Source: an uncultured Thermoleophilia bacterium
GTDB taxonomy: Bacteria > Actinomycetota > Thermoleophilia > Miltoncostaeales > Miltoncostaeaceae
NCBI GenBank assembly: GCA_963770865.1
Contig: CAVYRD010000002.1
Span: 79,030 to 143,029 of the forward strand
DNA length: 64,000 bases
Direction of reading: 5' to 3'
In this document: in pieces, positions 48,852 through 60,050 of the stretch
How positions within the stretch are numbered: position 1 is the stretch's first letter
Layout of the letters: each line of letters starts with the position of its first letter
The notes under the pieces: model-generated
Database searches by the model: none
Told to the model about the DNA's origin: nothing
Seen by the model: the letters and a program-made list of their open reading frames with translations, nothing else
Translations under genes and position numbers: made by a program

Positions 48852-49150
48852 TCAGCGCGGCCCGCGCCACTTCCTCTCGAACGGCAGGCGCCAGGTGGCC
48901 GGGGCGATCAGCTCGTTCATCGGGATCGCCGGGCCGTAGGACCCCTTCGCGTACGGGTAGACCTCGGGCGGGTGCTCCCCCGGTCTCACCGGGGGAGAAC
49001 TGCAGGCTCTGCTTGACCAGGCGCATGCCCGTGCCGGGCCGCTTGCCGTAGAACGACAGCGACATCCGGGTGGCGTCGGCCAGGTCGAAGGTGAGGTGGT
49101 CCGGCCCGTGCTGGCCCACACCCGAGCCGATCGGGAACATGCTGGCCGCC
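48852..49150 (-). pseudogene. zwf: C-terminal remnant of glucose-6-phosphate dehydrogenase with internal deletion
   Basis: MFP.GSGVG..GPDHLTFDLAD...SFYGKRPG in one frame; Y..GSYGP....LIAP..WRLPFER.W in another; the AYERL segment is missing. Confidence 0.7.
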
Positions 49151-49245
49151 CCGCTCCTTGGCGCGGCGGACCGGAGGACCTGCGGGCCTCCACGTGGTAT
49201 GCCGATGGACCCCGGGTTATCCCCCCTTCGGCGGAAGAGGACGGC

Positions 49246-50388
49246 GTGGAGCTCTCGACCTTCTCCTACTCGGCATCGTCGGGGTGGTCGGACGACCTCC
49301 CCGCCCTCGACTCCGAGCAGACGCTCGTGGTGGCGTTCGGCGCGCCCGGCTTCGGCACCGACACCCGCCCCTTCGAGGACCTCGCCACGGCCTTCCCGCG
49401 GTCGAGCCTCGCCGGATGCTCCACGGCCGGGGAGATCATCGGCACCGACCTGCGCGACGACAACGTCGTGGTGGCCGTGGCGCGCTTCGACACCAGCACC
49501 CTGCGCACGGCGACCGCGACGGTCCCCTCGTCGGATGGCTCGTTCGCCGCCGGCGAGGAGATCGCGCGCGGCCTGGCCGACCCGCGCCTACGCGGCGTCA
49601 TCGTCCTCTCCGACGGCCTCGCCGTGAACGGGTCCGAGCTGGTGCGCGGGCTCAACGCCGTGCTGCCGCCGGAGGTGGTCATCACCGGCGGCCTCGCCGC
49701 CGACGGCGACCGCTTCGGCAGCACCTGGGTGCTCGGCGACGCCGGCCCCTCCGGCGGCATCGTGCGCGGCGTCGGGCTCTACGGCGACGACCTGCGCCTC
49801 GGCCACGGGTCGATGGGCGGCTGGGACATCTTCGGGCCGGAGCGGACGGTCACGCGGTCGCGCTCCAACGTCCTCTACGAGCTCGACGGCCGGCCGGCGC
49901 TCGACCTCTACAAGACCTACCTGGGCGAGCTGTCGAGCGGCCTGCCGGCCACCGGCCTGCTCTTCCCGCTGGCGCTGCGCTCGGGCGCACCCGGCGAGCC
50001 GAGCGTCGTGCGCACGATCCTCGCGGTGGACGAGGACGAGAACTCACTGACCTTCGCCGGCGACATGCCCGAGGGCGCGCGCGCCCAACTGATGCGCGCC
50101 AACTTCGACCGCCTGGTGGAGGGGGCCGCCGACGCGGCGCTCATGACCCGCTGCGAGGGCGACCACGCCACCCCGACGCTGGCGCTCGGCATCAGCTGCG
50201 TCGGCCGGCGGCTCGTGCTCGGCGAGCGGACCCAGGAGGAGATCGAGGCGGTCGTTGACTGCCTGCCGGGAGGCGCCGCTCAGATCGGCTTCTACTCCTA
50301 CGGCGAGATCTCGCCCCACGCCAGCGGCTCCTGCGAGCTGCACAACCAGACCATGACGCTCACCACGATCCGGGAGGCCACCACCTGA
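49246..50388 (+). CDS. Stand-alone FIST (NosP-like) sensory protein
   Basis: GCSTAGEI, GGLAAD, LYELDGRPAL, SCVGRR, GFYSYGEI, LHNQT. Confidence 0.9.
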   Translation: MELSTFSYSASSGWSDDLPALDSEQTLVVAFGAPGFGTDTRPFEDLATAFPRSSLAGCSTAGEIIGTDLRDDNVVVAVARFDTSTLRTATATVPSSDGSFAAGEEIARGLADPRLRGVIVLSDGLAVNGSELVRGLNAVLPPEVVITGGLAADGDRFGSTWVLGDAGPSGGIVRGVGLYGDDLRLGHGSMGGWDIFGPERTVTRSRSNVLYELDGRPALDLYKTYLGELSSGLPATGLLFPLALRSGAPGEPSVVRTILAVDEDENSLTFAGDMPEGARAQLMRANFDRLVEGAADAALMTRCEGDHATPTLALGISCVGRRLVLGERTQEEIEAVVDCLPGGAAQIGFYSYGEISPHASGSCELHNQTMTLTTIREATT

Positions 50389-50422
50389 GCCCCGCCCCCG
50401 CGCCGCAGCGCGGGGGCGGGGC
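50389..50422. terminator. Hairpin between convergent genes
   Basis: 15-bp perfect stem with CGCA loop. Confidence 0.65.
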
Positions 50423-50427
50423 CGCGC

Positions 50428-50709
50428 TCAGGCGATGCGGTGGGCGCGTGAGCGCGAGCCGATGACCAGCCGGTAGATCCAGAGCAGGATCACCGAGCCG
50501 ACGATGGCCGTGATCCAGGTCGAGATGTCGAAGAACTCGTCGAGCGGGTGCGCGTCGAAGATGGCCGACGCGAGGAACCCGCCGAGCAGGGCCCCGACGA
50601 TGCCGATGATGGTGGTGACGATGATGCCGCCGGGATCGGCCCCGGGCATGATGGCCTTGGCGATGATCCCCGCCACGAGGCCCAGGATGATGAAGGCGAT
50701 GATTCCCAC
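50428..50709 (-). CDS. GlsB/YeaQ/YmgE transglycosylase-associated membrane protein
   Basis: IILGLVAGIIAKAIMPG...GIVGALLGG. Confidence 0.88.
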   Translation of the reverse strand: MGIIAFIILGLVAGIIAKAIMPGADPGGIIVTTIIGIVGALLGGFLASAIFDAHPLDEFFDISTWITAIVGSVILLWIYRLVIGSRSRAHRIA

Positions 50710-50775
50710 GGTTGTCCTCCGGTCCGGTGGACTGCTTGATGCCGCCAGGTTCCCCGGACCGGGGATCCGTAACCC

Positions 50776-51666
50776 CTACACGGGGAGCGTGGGCCAGATG
50801 CGGCGCACCGACGCAGAGCGGTTGAGCGTGTAGAGGTGGATGCCCGGGGCGCCGGCCTCGACCAGCTCGGCGCTGAGCGCGGAGGCGGTCTCGACGCCCA
50901 GGTCGGCGACGGCGGCGGGGTCGTCGGCCACCAGCTCCAGACGCCGCGCGAGGTCTCCGGGGATCGCGGTCCGGTTCATCGCCGCCATGCGCTTCAGGCC
51001 GGGGACGCTGAGGAACGGCATCACGCCCGCCACCACCGGCCGGTCGCAGCCCAGGTCGGCCAGCTCCTGCACCAGGCGCCGGTAGTGCTCGGCGTCGAAG
51101 AAGAACTGGGTGATGGCGAAGTGCGCGGCGCTCAGCTTGGCCGCAAGGTGGCGCCGGTTGACCGCCCGGTCGTCGGAGCGCGGGTGGATCTCGGGGTGCG
51201 CGGCCACGCCCACGCAGAAGCCGGCCGGGTGCTCGAGCACCATCTCAACCAGCTCGATCGCGTGCTGGAAGTCGCCCCGCGGCGCGGAGCCGTCGGCGGG
51301 CGGATCGCCGCCCAGCGCCAGGATGTTGCGCACCCCGGCGGCGGCGTAGACGTCGAGCAGCTCGGCGATCTCGGCGTGCGTGTGCCCGACGCAGGTGAGG
51401 TGGGCCATCGTCGGGAAGGACTGCTCGGCGTTCATCCGCACCACGAGGTCGCGGGTGCGCTCGCGCGTGCTGCCGAGCGCGCCGTATGTGACCGACACGA
51501 AGGAGGGGTTCAGGCCCACCAGCTCCCCGAGGGCCGCGTGGAACTGGCGCTCGGCCGCGTCGTCGCGCGGCGGGAAGAACTCGAGCGAGCGCGTGTGGCC
51601 GGCCGCGATCAGGTCGGCGATCGAGGCGGTGGCCGTGCCGGGGCCCTGGGGGGTCGCGCTCATCAC
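50776..51666 (-). CDS. metF: Methylenetetrahydrofolate reductase
   Basis: SLEFFPP, SVTYGA, AHLTC, ITQFFF, HLYTLN. Confidence 0.93.
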   Translation of the reverse strand: MMSATPQGPGTATASIADLIAAGHTRSLEFFPPRDDAAERQFHAALGELVGLNPSFVSVTYGALGSTRERTRDLVVRMNAEQSFPTMAHLTCVGHTHAEIAELLDVYAAAGVRNILALGGDPPADGSAPRGDFQHAIELVEMVLEHPAGFCVGVAAHPEIHPRSDDRAVNRRHLAAKLSAAHFAITQFFFDAEHYRRLVQELADLGCDRPVVAGVMPFLSVPGLKRMAAMNRTAIPGDLARRLELVADDPAAVADLGVETASALSAELVEAGAPGIHLYTLNRSASVRRIWPTLPV

Positions 51667-51714
51667 CTACAGGTCTACAGTCCCGGCAGCCCGAATGCCG
51701 GACGGAGGAGTGGG

Positions 51715-52146
51715 ATGGACGCGCCGTATCGCCACATCGCCTGCTGCATCGACGCGTCCGAGGCGTCGCAGCGGGCGCTCGCCGAGGGCCGGCGCCTGCG
51801 CGCGCTGGCCCAGACCCGCTTCTCGCTGGTGCACGTGGTTCAGTACCCGGTTCCGTACTCGGTGGGATTCAGCCCCCAGCCCACGCCGGGCGAGCTGATC
51901 CCGGGCGCGCAGAAGTGGCTCGACGGCATCGGAGACGAGGTGCCCGAGGCCGAGACCGTGCTGCTGGAGGGCTACCCGCCCGCGGAGGTCTGCGACTGGG
52001 CGGCGCGCAACGCGGTCGACCTGCTCATCTGCGCGGCCCACCGCAACCTGCCCCAGCGCCTCGCGCTCGGCTCGTTCGCCCACTATCTGGTCAACCACGC
52101 GCCCTGCCCGGTGCTGGTGCTGCGCCCGCCGGTCCCCGTGCAGTAG
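51715..52146 (+). CDS. Universal stress protein
   Basis: IACCIDASEAS...LGS...LVNHAPCPVLV. Confidence 0.88.
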   Translation: MDAPYRHIACCIDASEASQRALAEGRRLRALAQTRFSLVHVVQYPVPYSVGFSPQPTPGELIPGAQKWLDGIGDEVPEAETVLLEGYPPAEVCDWAARNAVDLLICAAHRNLPQRLALGSFAHYLVNHAPCPVLVLRPPVPVQ

Positions 52147-52150
52147 GGCC

Positions 52151-53053
52151 TCAGAGCGGGTCGGCGCTGAAGGTGTCGCAGCTGGCGACCTGACCGCCCT
52201 GGAAGCCCTGCAGGAACCAGCGCGTGCGCTGCTCGGAGCTGCCGTGCGTGAAGCTCTCGCGGTTCACCGCCTGGCCGGCCTGCTGCTGGAGGCGGTCGTC
52301 GCCGATGGCGGCGGCCGCGGTCAGGCCCTCCTCCAGGTCGCCGTCCTCGAGGATCTGGCGCTGGTAGGCCGTGTGGGCCCAGACGCCCGCGAAGCAGTCG
52401 GCCTGCAGCTCCAGGCGCACCGACAGCTCGTTGGCCTGCGAGGGGTTGTCGCGCTGCGCCTGGTTGACCTGCGGCAGGATGCCGAGCTGGTTCTGGACGT
52501 GGTGGCCCACCTCGTGGGCGATCACGTACGCCTGGGCGAAGTCGCCCGGCGCGCCGAAGCGGTCGCGCAGCTCGCGGAAGAAGCCGAGGTCGAGGAAGAC
52601 CTTCCGATCGACCGGGCAGTAGAACGGGCCGGTCGCCGACGACGCCGCGCCGCAGCCGGTGTTAACCCCGCCGGTGAAGAGCACCAGGACCGTCCGCTCG
52701 TACTGCTGCCCGGCGCCGGCGAAGATCCCCACCCAGGCGTCCTGGACGTCGTTGATGACGAACCGCATGAACGCCTTCAGGTCGGCGTCCGGGTCGGGGG
52801 CGCTGGCGTCGATGCCCGGGCCCTGCGCCTGCGGCGCGGAGGGGTACTGATCGAGGCTGGCGTCGGGCGCGAAGGCCGAGGAGCCGCCGCCGAGGAAGGT
52901 GAACAGCAGCGCGATGATCACGCCCACGATGCCGATGCCGCCGGCCCCGCCGGCCAGCCCGCCCGGCATGCGCATGCCCCCGCCGCCGCCCGTCGAGCCC
53001 CGCCTGTCCTGGAGGTCGCCGCCGTCCCCGGCCGGCCCCTTGCGCCATCTCAT
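52151..53053 (-). CDS. YpfJ-like neutral zinc metallopeptidase
   Basis: GPFYCP, AHEVGHHVQ, ELQADC, FTHGS. Confidence 0.92.
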   Translation of the reverse strand: MRWRKGPAGDGGDLQDRRGSTGGGGGMRMPGGLAGGAGGIGIVGVIIALLFTFLGGGSSAFAPDASLDQYPSAPQAQGPGIDASAPDPDADLKAFMRFVINDVQDAWVGIFAGAGQQYERTVLVLFTGGVNTGCGAASSATGPFYCPVDRKVFLDLGFFRELRDRFGAPGDFAQAYVIAHEVGHHVQNQLGILPQVNQAQRDNPSQANELSVRLELQADCFAGVWAHTAYQRQILEDGDLEEGLTAAAAIGDDRLQQQAGQAVNRESFTHGSSEQRTRWFLQGFQGGQVASCDTFSADPL

Positions 53054-53140
53054 CGGTGTTCCCCTCGCTCGACGCACGGCAGCATACGACAGCCTCGGGC
53101 CCGGACGGGAGGCGTCCGCGCGCGCTCCTAGGCTCCCCCC

Positions 53141-54768
<1,628 letters not shown>

Positions 54769-54772
<4 letters not shown>

Positions 54773-55692
54773 GCACCTTCCTCGCGCCCCCGCGCTGGAG
54801 CCCCGAGCGCCTGGAGGCCGACGTCGCGGCCGCAGTCGAGAGCTTCCGCCACGAGCGCGAGCGCGAGCCGCTCGAGCAGTACCCCGCGCACGTGGACGAG
54901 TGTCTCGGGACGATGGAGGAGCTGATCGAGCTCACGGTCGACCTCTCCCAGCTGCGCGAGCGCGCGCTCGAGGTCGTCACCGACCCGCGCCTGCTGGAGG
55001 CGCTGCGCTTCGTCGCCGGGCCCTTCATCTCGGTCGATGACCTGCGGGTCATCGCGCGCACCACCCTCGCGCCGACCCGGCTGCGCGCCGACCCGGGCGC
55101 AGCCGAGCGCATCGTCGAGAGCGTGCTGGCCGGCATCGACGAGCGCCGCTTCGCGTGGGTGCGCGACGGGCGCGAGCCCGACGAGGCCGAGCGTCAGGCC
55201 GCGGTGCTCGCGTCGGCCACCCTGATGGCCACCGAGCGCATGCGCACCCTGCGCCGCAACGAGGCCAAGCAGACCCAGGAGGGCGCCGTCGCCGAGGCGC
55301 TGATCGCCGCCGGCTTCACGCGCGTCGATCGCCCGCGCGCCATACGCACCCTCGAGGACGCCCCCGCGCCGGGCGAGTTCTGCGACGAGGTCGACTTCGG
55401 CGGGCGCAAGGCGGATCTTGTCGTCGGCCTCTGGGACCGGCGTCGGATGCCGCTCGAATGCAAGGTCTCCAACTCGATGACCAACTCGTTCAAGCGCGTC
55501 AACAACGACGCCGCGGTGAAGGCGGTCGGCTGGCTACGCGCATTCGGCGAGGATCAGGTCGTCCCCGCGGCGGTGCTCTCGGGGGTGTTCAAGCCCGCGA
55601 GCCTGGAGAGCGCCCAGGCCCGCGGGCTCACGGTCTTCTGGGCGCACCACCTGGACGAGCTCGTCGAGTGGATCGGCCGCACGCGGGCCTGA
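54769..55692 (+). CDS. XamI-family type II restriction endonuclease
   Basis: RKADLVV...ECKVSNS.TNS.KR.NNDAAVKA (PD-(D/E)xK core); GTGA-coupled to the MTase. Confidence 0.8.
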
Positions 55693-55767
55693 CCGCGCGG
55701 ACGGCTGCGTCGCCCTGGCGGCGACCCATCCCACACCGGGGCTCGGGGTGCCCCGGTGTGACGCGGG

Positions 55768-56397
55768 TCAGCCGGCGGCGGGCGGCGCGAGCGCCGCGGC
55801 CAGCACGCGGGCCGCCTCGACGGCCTCGGCCGCGACCCCGTCGTCCGCCAGCGCGTTGCGCACCCCGGCCACGATGAAGAGGCCGTGCCACAGCCACGTG
55901 AGCAGCTCCGGATCGACGTCGTCGCGTACGCTGCCGCTGCGCTGCCCCTGCTCCAGCGCCGCCCGCACCGGCGCTCGCACGCCGTGGAACAGCGCCCGCA
56001 CCGCGTCGGCGACCTCCGGGTCGCCGGACATGCTGAGCGCCAGCAGGATCAGCCGGATGGTCACCACCATCTCGCCGTCGGCCAGCCGTGCGCGCAGCAC
56101 CTCCGGCAGCGCCGAGGCGGGGTCCACCCCGGGCGGGGGCGCCATCGCCCGCCCGCCGGCGATGCGCCCCTCGACCTCCGCGCGCAGCACCTCCAGCAGC
56201 AGCTCGCGCTTGGAGGAGAAGTGGCGGTAGAGGATCGCCTCCGAGCACCCCGCCGCCGCAGCGATCTGGGCCGTGCCGGCCCCCTGGTAGCCGCTCTCGG
56301 AGAACGCCCGGCGCGCCGCCGCCAGGATCGCCGCGCGCCGGTCCTCGCGGCTCATCCGTTGGCGGCGGCTCCGGGCGGGGGTGCGCGGCGACGTCAT
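55768..56397 (-). CDS. TetR-family regulator
   Basis: TAQIAAAAGCSEAILYRHFSSK. Confidence 0.9.
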   Translation of the reverse strand: MTSPRTPARSRRQRMSREDRRAAILAAARRAFSESGYQGAGTAQIAAAAGCSEAILYRHFSSKRELLLEVLRAEVEGRIAGGRAMAPPPGVDPASALPEVLRARLADGEMVVTIRLILLALSMSGDPEVADAVRALFHGVRAPVRAALEQGQRSGSVRDDVDPELLTWLWHGLFIVAGVRNALADDGVAAEAVEAARVLAAALAPPAAG

Positions 56398-56407
56398 GGT
56401 TGACAAT

Positions 56408-56459
56408 GTTAGCAGTCACTAACTATCGTCGGCGACATCAGAAGTGAGTGATCGCTTAC
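56408..56459. promoter_or_regulatory. Two related 16-bp palindromes (TetR operators) in a divergent promoter
   Basis: GTTAGCAGTCACTAAC (56408-56423) and GTGAGTGATCGCTTAC (56444-56459). Confidence 0.65.
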
Positions 56460-56481
56460 ATCACTCGGACGGAGGCCCGGG

Positions 56482-57198
56482 ATGGACGCGGTGGTGGTGC
56501 GGAACCTGCAGGTGGAGCGCGGCGGGAGGACGGTGATCCGCGACCTGTCGCTCACGGTGCCGGCCGGCTCGGTGACCGGCCTGCTCGGCCCGAGCGGGTG
56601 CGGCAAGAGCACGCTGATGCGCTCGGTGGTGGGCGTGCAGCGCGTGGCCGGCGGCGAGGTGACGGTGCTCGGCCTGCCGGGCGGCTCCCCCGCCCTGCGA
56701 CCGAAGGTCGGCTACGTGACCCAGGCGCCCTCGGTCTACGGCGACTTGACGGTGGGCGAGAACCTGGTCCACTTCGCGCGCGTCCTGGGCGTCGACCGCG
56801 CGGAGGCCGGCCGGGTGGCGGAGGTGGTGGGCCTCGGCGACGCGACCGGCCAGCTCGTGGGGCGGATGTCCGGCGGGCAGCGCACCCGGGTGTCGCTGGC
56901 GGTGGCCCTGCTCGGCAGCCCGCCGCTGCTGGTCCTGGACGAGCCGACGGTGGGGCTCGACCCGGTGCTGCGGCGCGACCTCTGGAGCACGTTCCGGTCG
57001 CTCGTGGACGACGGGGCCACGATCCTCGTGTCGAGCCACGTGATGGACGAGGCGGCCGAGTGCGACCTGCTGCTGCTGATGCGCGACGGGGCGCTGGTGG
57101 CCGACGAGACGCCCGACGCGCTGCGGGCCCGGACGGGGGCGGACGACCTCGGCGAGGCGTTCCTGCGGCTCATCGAGGGCGAGGGGAAGGCCCGATGA
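56482..57198 (+). CDS. ABC-2 exporter ATPase
   Basis: GPSGCGKST, MSGGQ, LDEPT. Confidence 0.93.
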   Translation: MDAVVVRNLQVERGGRTVIRDLSLTVPAGSVTGLLGPSGCGKSTLMRSVVGVQRVAGGEVTVLGLPGGSPALRPKVGYVTQAPSVYGDLTVGENLVHFARVLGVDRAEAGRVAEVVGLGDATGQLVGRMSGGQRTRVSLAVALLGSPPLLVLDEPTVGLDPVLRRDLWSTFRSLVDDGATILVSSHVMDEAAECDLLLLMRDGALVADETPDALRARTGADDLGEAFLRLIEGEGKAR

Positions 57199-57932
57199 GC
57201 CTGCGCGCGACGCTCGCGATCGCCGACCGGGTGCTGCGACAGCTGCGGCGCGACCCGCGCACGGTGGCGCTCCTGATCGTCATCCCGTGCCTGCTGATGG
57301 TCCTGCTGCGATACGCGTTCGACGGGCAGCCCGCGACCTTCCAGCGCATCGGCGCGCCGATGCTCGGCCTGCTGCCCTTCACCACGATGTTCGTGGTCAC
57401 CTCGATCGCCATGCTCCGCGAGCGGACCACCGGCACGCTCGAGCGGCTGATGAGCATGCCGATGGCCAAGCTCGACCTGCTGGCGGGCTACGCGCTGGCC
57501 TTCGGCGCCGTCGCGCTGGTGCAGACGGTCTGCGTGGCGGCCGTCTCGCTGGGGCCGCTCGGGCTCGACACCACCCGCCCTGCCGTGGTCCTGGTGCTGC
57601 TGGCGCTCGCCAACGCGCTGCTCGGCATGGCGCTCGGGCTGTTCGTGAGCGCGTTCGCGACGAGCGAGTTCCAGGCCGTCCAGTTCATGCCGGCCGTGGT
57701 GCTGCCGCAGTTGCTGCTCTGCGGGCTGTTCGTGGCGCGCGACCAGATGGCCGGGTGGCTCGAGGCCATCTCGTGGTTGCTGCCGCTCACCTACGCGTAC
57801 GACGCGCTGGAGCGCGCGTCGCAGCCCGGCGACCTCGGCGCCCGCTTCTGGGCGGATGTGGCCGTGATCGTCGGCCTCACCTTCGTCGCGCTGGCGGCCG
57901 GCGCCGCGACGATGCGGCGGCGCACCGACTGA
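57195..57932 (+). CDS. ABC-2 exporter permease
   Basis: LRERTTGTLERL, SEFQAVQF. Confidence 0.9.
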   Translation: MSLRATLAIADRVLRQLRRDPRTVALLIVIPCLLMVLLRYAFDGQPATFQRIGAPMLGLLPFTTMFVVTSIAMLRERTTGTLERLMSMPMAKLDLLAGYALAFGAVALVQTVCVAAVSLGPLGLDTTRPAVVLVLLALANALLGMALGLFVSAFATSEFQAVQFMPAVVLPQLLLCGLFVARDQMAGWLEAISWLLPLTYAYDALERASQPGDLGARFWADVAVIVGLTFVALAAGAATMRRRTD

Positions 57933-57945
57933 GGCCGAGGTCCGG

Positions 57946-59151
57946 CTAGGCGGTCTCCGCGACGGGGATCCCGTCGCGGAGGACGATGCGCACGTCCGTG
58001 CACCGGCGGTCGAACCGGATGACGCGGCCGGCGGCGGTCACCTCGACGCCGGCGGTGACGGTCCCGGCGCGGAGCAGGTCGTCGTCGGCGCGGACGCCGT
58101 CGATGACGACGCTCATCCGGCGGCCCTGGGTGGCGGAGAGCTCGCGGACGCGGACGCGCCCGCCCACCCGCACCGAGCCGTCGCGCACGACGCCGTTCGA
58201 GGCCATGGCGATCAGGTCGCCGCCGGCCGTGATCTCGCACTCCACGGCGCCCTGGCCGGTGAGCCGCAGCGGGCCCGGCGTGTCGATGACGCAGCCGCGG
58301 GCGGCGCCCACGCGCACGCCGGCGTCGGTCAGCGGGCGGCGCGACGGGACGGCCGCGGCCAGGAAGCCCGAGGCCCGCGAGAGGTGGGCGAGCGGGTCGG
58401 CGAGGCGCTCCGGGCCGCGGATCGCGCGGTCGGCGGCCTCGAGCTCGGCGGCGAGGCCCGCGGTGAGGCCGGGCCAGTCGCGCTGGGCCGCGGTCACGAG
58501 GGTGCGCGCGCGGCCGAGCCGGGGCTCGAGGTCCTCGAAGCGCGACGCGCGGAGGGCGCGGATCGCCCGGGCCGGGTCAACCGCGCCGCGCGAGCGCGGG
58601 GAGTCCATGAGCTGAGCGATCATCGCGAGCAGGTCGTCGATCTCGCCCGCGAGGCCCTGGAGCGGGTCCTGCAGCCGGCGCCGCAGGCTGCTGAGCGTGC
58701 CGCCCGCCAGGACGGCGCCCTGCGCGCGGCCCTCCACGGTCAGCTCGCCGCCGGCGCGGATCACCGCGCGGTCGACCGCGCCCTCGACCCGCAGCGGCCC
58801 GGTGGCGGTCAGCGCGCGGCCGGGGGCCACCTGGCCGCCGACGCGCAGCGACCCGCAGACCGCGCGGTCGTCGGCGGCGCAGTCGGCGTCGCCCGCGATC
58901 TCGTGGGCGCGGTCAACCGTGACGCCGTCCTCGTGGATCGCGGGCACGCCATCCCGCGCCGCCCGCAGCTCAACCCGCCCGCCCGGCCGGGCGATCGCGA
59001 CCGCCCCGTCGCCGGCTAGGTCGGCCGCGGCGTGCCCGCCGAGGCCCAGGAGCGTGCCCGCCTCGACCCCGCACCCGGGAGCCTCCTGCGCCGCGGGCGT
59101 CCACTGGACGATGGACCGCGGGGCGCGGGGGGCGAGGGCGGGGAGGCTCAC
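57946..59151 (-). CDS. FapA (DUF342)-like beta-helix protein with helical insertion
   Basis: AARDGVP...VTV...IAGD...GSLRVGGQV..G..LTATG.LRVEG.V..A.I.AGG pattern. Confidence 0.55.
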   Translation of the reverse strand: MSLPALAPRAPRSIVQWTPAAQEAPGCGVEAGTLLGLGGHAAADLAGDGAVAIARPGGRVELRAARDGVPAIHEDGVTVDRAHEIAGDADCAADDRAVCGSLRVGGQVAPGRALTATGPLRVEGAVDRAVIRAGGELTVEGRAQGAVLAGGTLSSLRRRLQDPLQGLAGEIDDLLAMIAQLMDSPRSRGAVDPARAIRALRASRFEDLEPRLGRARTLVTAAQRDWPGLTAGLAAELEAADRAIRGPERLADPLAHLSRASGFLAAAVPSRRPLTDAGVRVGAARGCVIDTPGPLRLTGQGAVECEITAGGDLIAMASNGVVRDGSVRVGGRVRVRELSATQGRRMSVVIDGVRADDDLLRAGTVTAGVEVTAAGRVIRFDRRCTDVRIVLRDGIPVAETA

Positions 59152-59231
59152 GCCCTTCTCATCGACCCCCGGCGCGGCGCACCGCCGGGTCGTAGAGGAA
59201 TCTCACGGCCGGCGGGCGGCCGGCGGGCGGA

Positions 59232-59807
59232 TCAGGAGGCGAAGACCACCGCGCGGCCGCCGTCGGCCTGGATGCGGACGTCCGCGTGGAGGCGGTCGAA
59301 GCGCAGCAGCTCGCCGCAGGCGACGACCTCGACGCCGGGCCGCACGACGTCGGCCCGCAGCAGGTCGCCGCCTGCGGCGCCGCCCGTGAGGACGACGCGC
59401 AGGCGCGCGCCCTCGCGCCCGGCAAGCTCGTGCGCCCAGAGGCGCCCGCCCACGCGCACCAGCCCGGAGCGGATGGCGCTGCCGCCGGTCAGGGCGACGA
59501 GGTCCTCGTCGACCTCGATGTCGCAGTCGCTCGCGCCGCGGCCGAGGAAGCGCAGGGAGCCTCCCGCGCGGATGCCGCAGCAGTGGGCGCCGGCCAGGGT
59601 CATGTCGCCGCCGCTCGACAGCAGCGCCGCGCCGGCGCGGCCCTCGACGGTGAGGGCGCCGACCGCCTCGACGCACGAGCGGTCCACCGCGCCGCGCACC
59701 CGCAGGGCGCCGGGCGCGCGCACGTCCCGGCCGGGTCCGAGGTCGAGCGTCTCCTCGGCGACGGCCGCCGCCCCGATCCGGGGGAGCGGTGCGATCGACG
59801 TGCTCAT
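59232..59807 (-). CDS. Short FapA-like beta-helix paralog
   Basis: Shares LRVxGAVDR, GQGA/GRGA.xC.I, VRVGGR, DLLRA, RFDR..DVRI with the downstream gene. Confidence 0.55.
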   Translation of the reverse strand: MSTSIAPLPRIGAAAVAEETLDLGPGRDVRAPGALRVRGAVDRSCVEAVGALTVEGRAGAALLSSGGDMTLAGAHCCGIRAGGSLRFLGRGASDCDIEVDEDLVALTGGSAIRSGLVRVGGRLWAHELAGREGARLRVVLTGGAAGGDLLRADVVRPGVEVVACGELLRFDRLHADVRIQADGGRAVVFAS

Positions 59808-60050
59808 GGACTGCCCATCGGCGGGAAGGCCCCCGGAATCGAGAGGTGCGCCCACACGAGCGGGCGCCGCAGCGGCGCCCACCACTTCTACGCCGGGGAT
59901 CCGCTCACCTGCCGGGCCGAGCGAGCGCCTCCTCGCGGTTCATGCCGGTCCGGTGGGGGCGGTCGCTGGCCATGGCGTCGAACGCTGATGTCGCCGGGGA
60001 CCCGCGCGGCCCGGCTCAAGCCGCGGCGCGGCGGCGACGACCTCAAAGGC

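Noticed and set aside
51667-51714. SAM/THF riboswitch upstream of metF
   Set aside because: Only 48 bp separate metF from the divergent USP gene; no aptamer motifs recognised.
60016-60045. Sigma28 promoter before the L,D-transpeptidase
   Set aside because: TCAAG is present, but there is no acceptable GCCGAT -10 at the right spacing.
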